IMG/VR virus record: IMGVR_UViG_3300031772_000003
Coordinates: 32,001-96,000 of that record
Length of the DNA: 64,000 nt
Reading direction: 5' to 3' (one strand)
Source of the DNA: a virus
The notes below the pieces were generated by a model. That model was not told where the DNA came from. It did no database searches and saw nothing but the letters and a program-made list of their open reading frames with translations. A program made the position numbers and the translations under genes. Positions 35,530 through 45,384 of this stretch are shown here, piece after piece (position 1 is the first letter of the stretch; each line of letters opens with the position of its first letter).

Positions 35530-35949
35530 TCATTGCGATCTCCCGCCCCCAACACGATGCCCCATGTCATCCAGGGCCTCCCTCACATCCTCGTACCACT
35601 CCTGGCCTAAGCTCTGCCCCATGTCGGCACCAGAAGCGATCAGGGCGGGTTGGGCCGCGGCAAAGCGCTGGCCCACCTCAGACTCGAGGAACGCCGTCAC
35701 TGCCTCAAGGGTAGTGGTGTCGTAGTAGTTGAGGCACAAGGCCAAGGTACTCTCCAGTAGCTGCTGCTCCCACTTCAGTCTGCATCTCTTAATTGCGACG
35801 GCGACGTTGCACACATCCTCTGGGTTAGTGTTCCGGAGAATGGACGCCACGAACTGATCCAACACCAAGTGCAGGTTCCGGGCCGCCCCTGTAGCCTCGA
35901 CGTAACGCCGCACCAACTCATCCCGTGCCTTTCTCCCTTTTGGTTCCAT
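35530..35949 (-). CDS. DUF2059-like protein
   Basis: YYDTTTLEAVTAFLESEVGQRF..AQP.L. Confidence 0.6.
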   Translation of the reverse strand: MEPKGRKARDELVRRYVEATGAARNLHLVLDQFVASILRNTNPEDVCNVAVAIKRCRLKWEQQLLESTLALCLNYYDTTTLEAVTAFLESEVGQRFAAAQPALIASGADMGQSLGQEWYEDVREALDDMGHRVGGGRSQ

Positions 35950-36206
35950 GTCCTCACTCCTTTATGCTTCCCCCCTGCCGCATCGGGTCGCCTGCATGCC
36001 CGGGGGGATAGTGGGGGCCCTGCGCTTGGCCTGCTCCATGTCGTGCATGATCCAGCCCATACTGAACGACACAAAGGCCGCCCCAGCGGGCGACATTCCC
36101 TGAGTGATCCTGGCGAACCACGCCGCGAGCTTGATCGGCCCGTCCTGGCCGAACTCGGCCTCGAACTGGGGCACCAGGACATCCATCCCTCACCCCTAGA
36201 ATCAAG

Positions 36207-37721
36207 TCACTTGAGCGCATGCTTGGCCCGTGGAATAGCGAGGTCGAGGAGGTAGTGGCGGTCGCTATCGATCCCACAGGCCCTGAATCCATCGGCTATA
36301 GCCGCCACGATAGTCGAGCCGCTGCCGACGAAAGGATCGAGGATCTCGCCATCGGGGGGGCAGATGAGACGGCAGAGATACCGGAGCAACGCCTGTGGCT
36401 TAACTGTAGGATGATCTGCCCTCACGTCCTGGGGGAGCCCCTTCCGCCGTTCGCTCCTGGATGCCTTGGAGCAGTAGATGAGGCGCAGGGCCTCCTCGTC
36501 CTCGGGCCCGTAAGGACAGGACTTGAAGAATCTCGCGGCGGAGCCCGCATCCCCTCTCTTAAGAGAGGGGATGCGCCCGTACTCACCGTAGGTAGCGCCG
36601 TTCTCATCGCCGGTATGGCTCGGCTCCGTGCCTTTGACACCCCCTTGCTGGCCTTTGGATTGGGGGAAGCAGGACAGCACGGCCTCTGAGCCATCCAAAA
36701 TGAGATTGGCAGGCCACCTCCCCCTGAGCGGGGGCCGCTGGAACTCCACCCTCTCCATGTCCCGCCCCGCGTCGGGCTCGGCCCCGATGGCCCCTGAGTC
36801 CTTGGAGGTGCAGCGTCCCTGGGGCGTCGCGGATGCCTTATCGGCCTCGGATTCATAGCCGACGCGGCAGGCATCGATGTTCAACCCCCCACAGCGTTGC
36901 TTGAGGGTATTGGCGGCCACGGTGCCGTCGAGGGGCTTGCGGCAGAGCAGGATCGGCTCCCAAGCCGGTTTTAGGGCCGTACCCCAACCCTCCCACTGCT
37001 TCGCTGCATCTGTAGCAGGAGCCGTTACATCCAGCGTCCGCCTGCCACTCGCGGTGAAGCTGCCGGGAGCAGCCTCGGCATCTGGGTCCTTGGCCTGCTT
37101 GAGGTTCCATTCCGGCTGCTCCGGGGGATGGTACTTACCTACAACCTTTCGCTCAGCCCCAGCGGCCTTGTCAATGGCTTTGTCCACAGACAATGACTTC
37201 GGGAAGCCGGAGGAGTACACCCACATCAACGTGTCCCTGATCTCCCATCCCGCATCCTCTATGGCACAGACGAGCCGATGCCAGGTACGGGTGCCACCGA
37301 AGACCAGCATATAGGCACCGGGCTTGGCGACGCGGAGACACTCAGTAGCCCATGTGGTACACCATGCCTGGAACTTCGCCATATCGGCCAAGCGATGGTC
37401 AAGCTCGTCAAACTGCGGCATCTCACAAGTGCAAGGGGTATGGGACTTGCTACCCCGCTTGTGCTTGTGGCAGACCTTGCACATGGGATTGCGTGTGGAC
37501 GTGAAAGATGGTCCGGGGTTCCTGGACTTGCCATCCTTGAAGCCGAACGCCTGCATCCCGTACTTCCACGGTGCATCCCACTCCTGGCCCATGAACTCAA
37601 GGCCATAGGGTGGGTCCGTGACGATGGCATGGAACCTGTTGGCCTCCAAACCAGGCAGGACCTCCAAACAGTCCCCGAGGTACAGGGCCACTCCGGCCTC
37701 AACCCACGGTTCCTTCAGCAT
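36207..37721 (-). CDS. DNA amino-methyltransferase (N6/N4, beta order) with large insertions; start revised to ATG 37721
   Basis: VTDPPYGL.FMG..WD, IEDAGWEIRD, GFPKS, GWGTALKPAWEPI, GRWPAN, HPTVKP, LDPFVGSGST. Confidence 0.92.
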   Translation of the reverse strand: MLKEPWVEAGVALYLGDCLEVLPGLEANRFHAIVTDPPYGLEFMGQEWDAPWKYGMQAFGFKDGKSRNPGPSFTSTRNPMCKVCHKHKRGSKSHTPCTCEMPQFDELDHRLADMAKFQAWCTTWATECLRVAKPGAYMLVFGGTRTWHRLVCAIEDAGWEIRDTLMWVYSSGFPKSLSVDKAIDKAAGAERKVVGKYHPPEQPEWNLKQAKDPDAEAAPGSFTASGRRTLDVTAPATDAAKQWEGWGTALKPAWEPILLCRKPLDGTVAANTLKQRCGGLNIDACRVGYESEADKASATPQGRCTSKDSGAIGAEPDAGRDMERVEFQRPPLRGRWPANLILDGSEAVLSCFPQSKGQQGGVKGTEPSHTGDENGATYGEYGRIPSLKRGDAGSAARFFKSCPYGPEDEEALRLIYCSKASRSERRKGLPQDVRADHPTVKPQALLRYLCRLICPPDGEILDPFVGSGSTIVAAIADGFRACGIDSDRHYLLDLAIPRAKHALK

Positions 37722-38093
37722 CCTCAGCCTCCGCGTTGCGCCGGGCACTCCTGCCTGGCGAGACCGCGGCTCCGCTGCCACACGCGAGACAGGTACGGTA
37801 TGCCCAAGTGCTTCCCACACCTTGGCTTACCTCTATCACGCTCCCCTATACACGCTGTGGGGTACCAGCATGCTGTGCAACTCATCTCTCACGCAGTAAC
37901 TCCGTCAGTCCCCTTCCATTCTCGACCCCCTCCGTACCGTTCCTGTCCTATCACGGTAGCCTCATCATCGGTCCCGTTGTCCCGGAGGATACCACGGAAC
38001 ACAACCACCTCGATCCCGGACTCGAAGCTGATCAGGACGCCCGCCTCCGCGGGCCTGTCCTCATGGGTGTTGACGACTTTGAGCCCAACCAAG

Positions 38094-38666
38094 TCACGCC
38101 ACTGCATCGTCATCTCCTTTGGCCCCCTCCCGCCAGTCCACGAACCGGACCCGCGGGGCGAATGGGTCTTCCCTTGCATCACCCTCAAAGATGACGAGGA
38201 CTGAGGGGAATGGTGCCCCCACTGATCCTGCTACCCCCTCAAAGTGAATGCGTCCGCGGAGAAAGAGGATTTCCTTGGCTGCGGGGGCATTTTCTTGGAA
38301 CCATCGAGTGTCTGTCCTTGCCGGCAACAGGCATACCACGGTTGCCCCTGCTTCTGCTTCGATGCGAGCCTTATCGACCCATTTGCCTATGTCTTTTCCA
38401 TAAGGTGGGTTCAACCAGTTTGCCCCAACATATTCTGTCACGAGCATAGTCTTGAGGTCTATGCTAGGTAGTCCCCTACGATCCCACACCTGCTTCAACC
38501 CGTCCTGTTCCGGGCTGAAGAACTTAGGGGCCTTCGCATTGTCCGCGGTGGCGCACACGTCCAGGATGAACGGTTTGCCGATGTGGTGCTCGCACCTGCG
38601 GACCAGCCACCAAGGAGTTCCCCACTCCTGGTGATGGGAGCTAAAATGAACGGGGGAGACCGGCAT
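38094..38666 (-). CDS. Phage N6-adenine DNA methyltransferase (phage Dam family)
   Basis: EW.TP, LDVCAT..NAK, DGL...W, WLNPPYG, LLPARTDTRWF, GRI.F...APFPS. Confidence 0.92.
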   Translation of the reverse strand: MPVSPVHFSSHHQEWGTPWWLVRRCEHHIGKPFILDVCATADNAKAPKFFSPEQDGLKQVWDRRGLPSIDLKTMLVTEYVGANWLNPPYGKDIGKWVDKARIEAEAGATVVCLLPARTDTRWFQENAPAAKEILFLRGRIHFEGVAGSVGAPFPSVLVIFEGDAREDPFAPRVRFVDWREGAKGDDDAVA

Positions 38667-38864
38667 CTTTTAGTTCCTTCCTGCTGTTGATTGAGCCACC
38701 ACAGTAGCGAGGCAGTGGAGTAATTTGAGGCCGCTGGGGCTCGTACCCGAACTGGCTCGGCAATTGGCATGCGAACTGGCAACTGCTCTAGCAGCAGTCG
38801 GGTATCTCCTCGGGAGCGGTACAACGGCTTGTGACGGGGCTATAGCCACTTCCCCAAGCTCCCT

Positions 38865-39158
38865 CTAGTTCGACTCCCAGGGCCGTTGCCCCTTATCCTG
38901 AGTGTCCCCGTCACCCTCATTGCCCTCTTCGTCCTCACACCATGCCGCTCCAGCCGCGGAGCATGGAGTGATACACCCGAACGTGGGGTCGTCGCGGGGG
39001 TCCGTGACCCCGCCCTTGGGGTCTACCACCAGGGGTACGACCACACCCGCATCAGTGAGGCCCCAGGCAATGAGGGGCTGGACCTCCATCTCATCACCCC
39101 CTTCGTGCATCACGAACCAGCCGTCTGCCGCGATTATCTGGACCAGTTTGCCACTCAC
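38865..39158 (-). CDS. Hypothetical protein
   Basis: VQIIAADGWF...PLIAWGL; GTGA-coupled start. Confidence 0.5.
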   Translation of the reverse strand: MSGKLVQIIAADGWFVMHEGGDEMEVQPLIAWGLTDAGVVVPLVVDPKGGVTDPRDDPTFGCITPCSAAGAAWCEDEEGNEGDGDTQDKGQRPWESN

Positions 39159-39970
39159 TTGAGGTCCCCCTTCCTCCCCCTCTTGCCCCGGAAGTAGCTG
39201 CGGATCGCCAACTCGCCTTCCCGCTGCGGTGCCTCGGGCCGCAGCTTCGTGGGGTGAAACCAAAAGATTCCCTTGTCCTCTAGGCCCCGTGGATCAGTCG
39301 ATGCCCGCCAATGCACGCACATCCCTCTGCCCCCTTCCACGATCCTCAACCCGCACATCCTGCACAGCATCGGGACCAAGTGGTCGTCGGGGATGCTCGT
39401 CACGGTACTCGCGGTCTTGTAGGGCTCCGCGAGCATGCCTTTCCGAGCCATGACCTCCAAAAGGGCTGCCGTGGCAACGAAGCATCCACCCTGAACCCCT
39501 TCCCCCGGTATATAGGCCGGCGGCGGTGGGCCCCACGCCCGCGCGATCTTAGCCTTGTCTTTCTCATATACAAGGGCCCAGTGCTGGTTCTTGTAGTCGG
39601 GGTGGCCGACGAGCCCGATGTCCTCGGCATCGATGAGGCTGAGCAGGTACGCATCCGCTCCCTTCTGGAGCGCCAGGGTGTCGTAGTCGGTACTAAGGAA
39701 GTGGGATACGCCCCACTTCGCTTGGGCATGATGGATCGCATCGACCAGGAGGCCATAGAGCCCGGTGCCCCATCCCCAACGGCGTGTGGAGCAGTAAACT
39801 TCGCACCCCAACCACTTGCGCATCTGCTCCGCAAAACCGGGCCGGCCATCCACTGCGAGCATGATCGACGTAGTGGGGCCGCAGGCCCACTGGAGCGCGT
39901 CATAGGTATCGGCGACGAGGTTGGGGTAGTCGTGGCACCGAATACAAGCCACGAGATCAACGGTACTCAC
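39155..39970 (-). CDS. Putative GT-A fold glycosyltransferase
   Basis: LAVDG, FLSTDYD (DxD), QGGC, DD and HP.K motifs. Confidence 0.55.
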   Translation of the reverse strand: MSTVDLVACIRCHDYPNLVADTYDALQWACGPTTSIMLAVDGRPGFAEQMRKWLGCEVYCSTRRWGWGTGLYGLLVDAIHHAQAKWGVSHFLSTDYDTLALQKGADAYLLSLIDAEDIGLVGHPDYKNQHWALVYEKDKAKIARAWGPPPPAYIPGEGVQGGCFVATAALLEVMARKGMLAEPYKTASTVTSIPDDHLVPMLCRMCGLRIVEGGRGMCVHWRASTDPRGLEDKGIFWFHPTKLRPEAPQREGELAIRSYFRGKRGRKGDLK

Positions 39971-40355
39971 TCAACAATCTCCACAGGGCCTTGGCGACAG
40001 CCTGCTCCTGTCGCTCACCTAACAGCGCAGCGGCGACGGCATCCCACCCCGGGAACCCGCCGAAGTTACGGTCATCGATGTAGACATCGGCATAGACCTT
40101 GCGGCTCTCCCCAAGGTAGGTGAAGGGGTCAAAAAGTCCCGCGGGTAGTTCGTTCGCTCCTGCGATCATAATACCATGCTCGGAGAGCCAGAGCAGAGCA
40201 GCAGAGAGATCCTTGCCCTCCCTACAAGTCCAGAGGATGAGGTGATGCCCCACCGCAGCTAGCCGCTGCAACGTCTCCACGGCACCGGGCAGAGGCTTCC
40301 CGATCTCAGGGTACGAGTGCTCCACCACGGTCCCGTCAAAATCCACAGCGACCAC
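39957..40355 (-). CDS. HAD-superfamily phosphatase (BT0820-like)
   Basis: AVDFDGTVVEH.YP.IG, LILWTCR, RKVYADVYIDDRN. Confidence 0.88.
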   Translation of the reverse strand: MVAVDFDGTVVEHSYPEIGKPLPGAVETLQRLAAVGHHLILWTCREGKDLSAALLWLSEHGIMIAGANELPAGLFDPFTYLGESRKVYADVYIDDRNFGGFPGWDAVAAALLGERQEQAVAKALWRLLSEYR

Positions 40356-40374
40356 CAGATGAATGGCTCTCCTC

Positions 40375-40752
40375 CTATCCCCGACCCTTGGGTCTCATAG
40401 GTCCGAGCGGCGTATCGGGTACGACGATCTGGCTCGCGGCCTGCCGCCGCAACTCCCGAAGCTGAGCAATGACGGCGGCAGTAGCGACTTGGAGGGCATT
40501 GGGGAGTTTCGCCACCGCCTCCTGTAGAGTCTTGGCCTCGATTGGAGCGTCGACGGGCACCTGCCCCACGGGGGTCAGCAGTGTTGCGTGGCCGAAGTAC
40601 ACGACCTCCCGATCCGGATCGGGCGAGCCATCTTCCCGCAGAGGCACCAGCACGCGCAGTCGGGCAGATCCCATGTCGGTAAGCGTCTCCTCTCGGTAGA
40701 GATTTTTCGCATCCAACTCAATGATCGGCATTCCCAGTTCCACGGCACTCAT
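40375..40752 (-). CDS. Hypothetical protein
   Basis: Clean coupled ORF (NLYREE..TD...DGSPD..R). Confidence 0.6.
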   Translation of the reverse strand: MSAVELGMPIIELDAKNLYREETLTDMGSARLRVLVPLREDGSPDPDREVVYFGHATLLTPVGQVPVDAPIEAKTLQEAVAKLPNALQVATAAVIAQLRELRRQAASQIVVPDTPLGPMRPKGRG

Positions 40753-41627
40753 TCTCGGCTCCTTGTCTCCGCGACGGCCTTCTCGACTCGCGGCACCGCG
40801 ATGTCCCAGAAGAAATGGGAATCGGCCTCCACACCTATCACTCTGCGGCCCGCACGGGCCGCTGCTTCAATAGTCGTCCCCGATCCCATGAAGGGGTCAC
40901 ACACAACGGTATCGGGTCCGTGTGTGAAGATTTGGATCAGCCGCTCGGGGAGTTCAAGAGGGAATGAAGCTGGGTGGCCTTTGTATCTGCCCGCTGGCAG
41001 CAACCACGCATCCTTGTAGATCGAAAGGTCGGGGATAGCGTTCTTGCCTCTCTGGCCCGTGCCACCACGATGGAACCATTGCCCCTTCGAGCCGAGCAGA
41101 ATCCACTCGTGGCATGGTCTCATGTACGGATCGCTATCACAACCGGCACGGGTCTCATTGGCGAAGCTGTCGGCCCCGTTGCTGCTCTTGACCCACACAA
41201 TGGGTTCTCGGACGTGGGGATCAATGGCGGCCATCATGTCGAAGACGCGGAAGCCCAGGGGCTCGATGCGGGCCTTACCCACGGTCTTCTCACTGCCCCT
41301 ATGGCTCCGGTACGCGGGGTCCCACCCAAACCAAGTGTGGTTGAACTTATGGTCACGCTGCCACCTGATGACGGGCGGGACGTTCACGGCGAGCGTCCCG
41401 CCGGTGCGGAGGAGCCGGTACGCTTGGCGCAACCACTGCTCCGTGAATACGTAGTAGCGGGGCCACGGCATCTCGTCGTTGACGGTGCCGTAGTCCATTC
41501 GGCAGTTATAGGGGGGAGACGTGACAATGAGGTCAACGCTTCCCTCCACTAACTGCGGCAGCACCGTCAAAGCATCACCGCAGTAGAGCGACACGGCCCC
41601 ATCAGAGGAGGACCAATCAGGGCTCAT
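40749..41627 (-). CDS. DNA N4-cytosine/N6-adenine methyltransferase (beta)
   Basis: VTSPPYN, HPASFPLELPERLI, DPFMGSGTT. Confidence 0.92.
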   Translation of the reverse strand: MSPDWSSSDGAVSLYCGDALTVLPQLVEGSVDLIVTSPPYNCRMDYGTVNDEMPWPRYYVFTEQWLRQAYRLLRTGGTLAVNVPPVIRWQRDHKFNHTWFGWDPAYRSHRGSEKTVGKARIEPLGFRVFDMMAAIDPHVREPIVWVKSSNGADSFANETRAGCDSDPYMRPCHEWILLGSKGQWFHRGGTGQRGKNAIPDLSIYKDAWLLPAGRYKGHPASFPLELPERLIQIFTHGPDTVVCDPFMGSGTTIEAAARAGRRVIGVEADSHFFWDIAVPRVEKAVAETRSRE

Positions 41628-42043
41628 TCCGTTTCCTCTTTGACATACATCAACACTGCCCTTTGACGATTAGGGATCGTCAATCCGGGATAGCACTCCT
41701 TGGCCGTGAGGGTCAGCCGCTTCGCCACCACCTCCATCCTCACGGGCCAGCGGCGTAGCGCCCACGCCGCGAACCACCGGGCCTTGAGGGCCTGCCACCA
41801 ATCCTTGGGGTACTCCACCCGCATCTCCTCACTGATCTCATCCACGACGTGGCCCAGGATGAAACTACGGAAATGGAGGGCAAAATGGCTAGTCACGTAG
41901 TCACAATTCACAGACCAACTGCCGTTGCGTAATAGGTCCTCCGCAACCACAGCTTGGGCCTCTATGGCATAGCGATCCAGGACGATCTGCTTGAGACGCA
42001 TCTCGGCCATTTTTGCCACGTCGAGTTTAGTGGTAAGGTTCAT
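41624..42043 (-). CDS. Hypothetical protein
   Basis: YPKDWWQALKARWF..W.LRRWPV; ATGA coupling. Confidence 0.55.
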   Translation of the reverse strand: MNLTTKLDVAKMAEMRLKQIVLDRYAIEAQAVVAEDLLRNGSWSVNCDYVTSHFALHFRSFILGHVVDEISEEMRVEYPKDWWQALKARWFAAWALRRWPVRMEVVAKRLTLTAKECYPGLTIPNRQRAVLMYVKEETE

Positions 42044-42614
42044 TTCTCTTCCTTTAATGGGCCTCCCGCCTTCTTGCGCTTCGCGGTGGGACCATATCTC
42101 AGTAGGATGTCGAGTTGGGTAGCCAGGTACTCCCGAGTATCGTATACCGCGGACCAGCAATTGGTACGGCTCAGGGCCTTGCAGGCTCGGCGGGCCGCCA
42201 GTAACGTTTCCCTGTTGGAAGAGTACAGTGCTCCACCGGCAGCTTCCATCGCCTTATCTAGCAAACAACAGCCGCGACGCCAACCTCGGGGTTTTCTCAT
42301 CATGCTTTCTCCTTCCTTGCGGCCTCGTTCAGGGGCCGCCGGGCACGGTTGCCTTTGCCGCAACGGCGTTCAGATGGCGGGCCTACCTTTCTCCGCCCAT
42401 CCCGCAACTCCTCCGTGACTTCGAGGCAGCGGCGGATGTGTGCTTCAAGCGGCTCAGGGTCCCCACGCAGGCTCGCCATGAGGGCTCGGACCGCATTTTG
42501 GGCCCAGTGGTGGCCGTTGCACATCACGCCCGCCCCACATTCAATCACGGTCTCGGTGAGGGGGCAGATGATCGCGTAAGCCGCGTTCTCCACGTCATTT
42601 TCGTCCAACACGCT

Positions 42615-43307
42615 TCACTCCTTCTCAGTCTCCCTCAGCAACAGTCGAAACGGCCGGCTCCCCGGCTCCACGGCGATGCGCCCCAAGACCCCTCTGCCCA
42701 AGTACTTAGCAACGCATACCCTAGCCGTGGCCCCGCTCCTCCAATGATAGTCGATCCCGGCGAGAAGCTCCTTGATGGTACAGAGGGGGTGGGCCGCCAC
42801 GAACGCCTCCGCGGCCTCGCATGTGGCCCGGAAGTCGGTATAGAACCGGTACTTCGAGCCCGCCACGCCCATGCGCTGGTGATCGAGGCCACAGCACTCC
42901 AAGAGTCTCGTTGGCTTCTTCCTCATGAAACGGGCCTTATAGTCAATCTCCACGTCGCCGGCCTTGCCTACCCGCAGCACCCCGATGCCCTCATTCTGCA
43001 AGCACCGGTGCGCCACCGGCCCGATTCGGCTCCCCATCTTCTTGAAGCCCCTGCGGCGCACCTCGGGTATGGCGATGCTGATCCAGTTGGCCTCGTATGC
43101 CCAGTACATCGCCTGCTCCAGCACCGCGAAGCCGAAGGTGGTTTTGCAGGCAATGACCCACGCCACGCCGATGCTGCGGCGCAGCGCCACGAGATCAGCC
43201 CGTGGACACGAGCGGGCCAGTTGGACCTCGGGGTACACCTCCCATCCATCCGCAACGAGCCATGCGGAGACGGCAGCAGCCAACTTCTCCTCCGGCGCGT
43301 TAGGCAC
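42615..43307 (-). CDS. PD-(D/E)xK-fold protein (MmcB-like), catalytic motif possibly degenerate
   Basis: GWEVYPEV...RADLVA...WVIACK (ACK instead of ExK)...EQA. Confidence 0.55.
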   Translation of the reverse strand: MPNAPEEKLAAAVSAWLVADGWEVYPEVQLARSCPRADLVALRRSIGVAWVIACKTTFGFAVLEQAMYWAYEANWISIAIPEVRRRGFKKMGSRIGPVAHRCLQNEGIGVLRVGKAGDVEIDYKARFMRKKPTRLLECCGLDHQRMGVAGSKYRFYTDFRATCEAAEAFVAAHPLCTIKELLAGIDYHWRSGATARVCVAKYLGRGVLGRIAVEPGSRPFRLLLRETEKE

Positions 43308-43884
43308 CCGCCAGTCTCCGAAAGAGCACCAGGCACCGGAACCTATGGTTGGTGCTGCGGACCACGCCAATCACGCCGTCGAGAGCCCACTGCTTCTTCG
43401 AGTACATGGGCAGGACCTGATCGAACCACGCAACGCAGCCCCCGAGCTTTACAACTTTCCAACATTCTTGTAAAACATGATTGCGGTTCACCACCCGCGT
43501 CCCATAGTGATCCGCATCCTCAACGGAGTATGGTGGGTCAGCAATGATGAGGTCAAAGGAGTAACCAGCCCACTGAGGACACAACGAGAGGTGGTGGGCA
43601 TCGCACCTCACGTCACAGTCCGCGTCCTCACGAATGTCCACCCTCACGTAGTCCCCGGGGGCCAAGGAGCCACTAAAGAGGTGCATCACGTCTTTGGCAT
43701 CGGGGAATAGGGCCATGACACGCTTCACGAAGCCGGGGGGAAACGAGCCGTAGAGTCCGCTGCCCCTGTAGTCGTTGCCAAGCAGCCAGATGCCGTAGAT
43801 GCGGCCCTGCTGCACCACAGGTGGGGGCCACTTGGGGAACGCTGCGGCATAGGCATCAACTCGGTCTTGGAGGCTGAGGGCCAT
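43300..43884 (-). CDS. Small amino-methyltransferase-like protein
   Basis: YGSFP, HLFSG, VDI, DA..L, FDLIIADPPYS. Confidence 0.75.
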   Translation of the reverse strand: MALSLQDRVDAYAAAFPKWPPPVVQQGRIYGIWLLGNDYRGSGLYGSFPPGFVKRVMALFPDAKDVMHLFSGSLAPGDYVRVDIREDADCDVRCDAHHLSLCPQWAGYSFDLIIADPPYSVEDADHYGTRVVNRNHVLQECWKVVKLGGCVAWFDQVLPMYSKKQWALDGVIGVVRSTNHRFRCLVLFRRLAGA

Positions 43885-44662
43885 TCTGTAGGTCCAGTAG
43901 GGTCCGCGTTACCCGCTCACATGCGAGCGCGAAATAGTCCTGTCTGATCTCGATGCCAATAGCTTTGCGGCCCACCCGTATTGCCGCCTCCATAGCCGTC
44001 CCGGAGCCCATCATCGGATCAAGTACCGTGTCGCCTGGGTTGGAGCTATGCAGGATCGCCCGGGTCGCCAAGGCCATTGGCATCTGCGCGGGGTGAGCCT
44101 TCCGCTTCGTGCCCGGTGCCAGGACCGCCTCCTTCGAGGCCATGCAGCCGCCGCTCACGAACGGGATGTCGTCCCAGATGTCCTTGATGCTGCACCCTTT
44201 GTTAGTCCGCCCCCATGGCAGCGCCGCCTTAGAGACGCGGCGCTGCACCCCATGGTTGAAAATGTAGCTGTGGGGGTCCATGACGTAGTAAAGGATAGGT
44301 TGGTAGCCGAGGCAATATCGAGTCCTGGCCGGCATCGAGGAGTTGAACCAAACGATCAGGTTCCGGAACGCCGCGTAGGTGCCGAGGATCGCCATCATGT
44401 CCCCAACCCGCTCCTGCCGCGTCATCACGTAGATCGACCCGTTGAACGTGACTCGGCTACAGATGTGGCTGAGACAATGCCCAATCCACGCCACGTAAGC
44501 CTCCGGGGCCATCTCATCCTCGTAATCCTTGCCGAGATTGAATGGGGGGTCCACGAAGGCGAGATGGACGCTGCGGGCAGGCAGCTGGGGGAGGACCTCG
44601 CAGCAATCCCTTTTATACAGCGCTACGGAACCATTGGGTGAAGTCCAGTCAGGACTGAGCAT
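43856..44662 (-). CDS. DNA amino-methyltransferase (beta)
   Basis: FVDPPFN, DIWDDIP, HPAQMP, SSNPGDTVLDPMMGSGT. Confidence 0.9.
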   Translation of the reverse strand: MLSPDWTSPNGSVALYKRDCCEVLPQLPARSVHLAFVDPPFNLGKDYEDEMAPEAYVAWIGHCLSHICSRVTFNGSIYVMTRQERVGDMMAILGTYAAFRNLIVWFNSSMPARTRYCLGYQPILYYVMDPHSYIFNHGVQRRVSKAALPWGRTNKGCSIKDIWDDIPFVSGGCMASKEAVLAPGTKRKAHPAQMPMALATRAILHSSNPGDTVLDPMMGSGTAMEAAIRVGRKAIGIEIRQDYFALACERVTRTLLDLQNGPQPPRPS

Positions 44663-45384
44663 TCAGGGCCTCTCGCTTCCGCCGCAGAGCCTTGAGGACC
44701 GCCGCCTTCATGTCCTGGATACAGTGCCAGCAAGACTCGCAAGCCACAAGGCCCAAAGGCCCGGGGAGGAGCCGCCAGTGGTGGGTGTGCCTGCGGCACG
44801 TCTTGACTTGGCAGACCCGAAATGTAGGTTGCTGGGGCAGCCGATGGCCTTTCCAAGGCCCCTCCCCATTGGGGAGATAGAAGGGGCCCTGCCGCCCCCT
44901 GAGATCGGGCTCCCGTGCGTCAACATCATCTTCAGCCATCATCTACTGTCCCGTTGCTGATGAAGACCTGACTCTGCGTTAGGACCGAGTTGATGAGCCT
45001 CCGCATCTCATCCGAGCCGAGGAGTGGCCGCAGGGCCTCAATGAACTCCCCCTCGGTGCTGATGTTAATTTGCGCAGCCTTCCTGGGGTAGCGCGGGGTG
45101 AGGATCAGCGGGTACATCATAACCCCGTGCCTGATGGATAGCAACGGTATCCCAAGGTGGTCCAAGCAGGGAGCTACGAGGTCGAGCGTGTAAATAAAGT
45201 CGGGCTCTGCATCGCTAAGCCGTGGTGGATCAGGCTCTCCCCGATGCACCCGTGCCAGCACGACGTTGCGCATGCGCCGGCCCAGTTCAGCCGCCACTAA
45301 CTGAAGGACCGCGGCGGGGGTACGCTGCTTCACACAGCCAAAAACAGGAGGCCAGAGGTCTAAGACACACATCACACATCTCCT

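Noticed and set aside
37722-37888. tRNA or structured ncRNA in this and other intergenic gaps
   Set aside because: No cloverleaf, T-loop GTTCRA in a tRNA context or other recognisable RNA motif was found by eye. tRNAscan/Infernal would be needed to exclude one.
42615-44662. Complete restriction-modification system (nuclease plus two MTases)
   Set aside because: The nuclease-like ORF has ACK in place of the (D/E)xK motif and looks MmcB-like, so restriction activity is unsupported.
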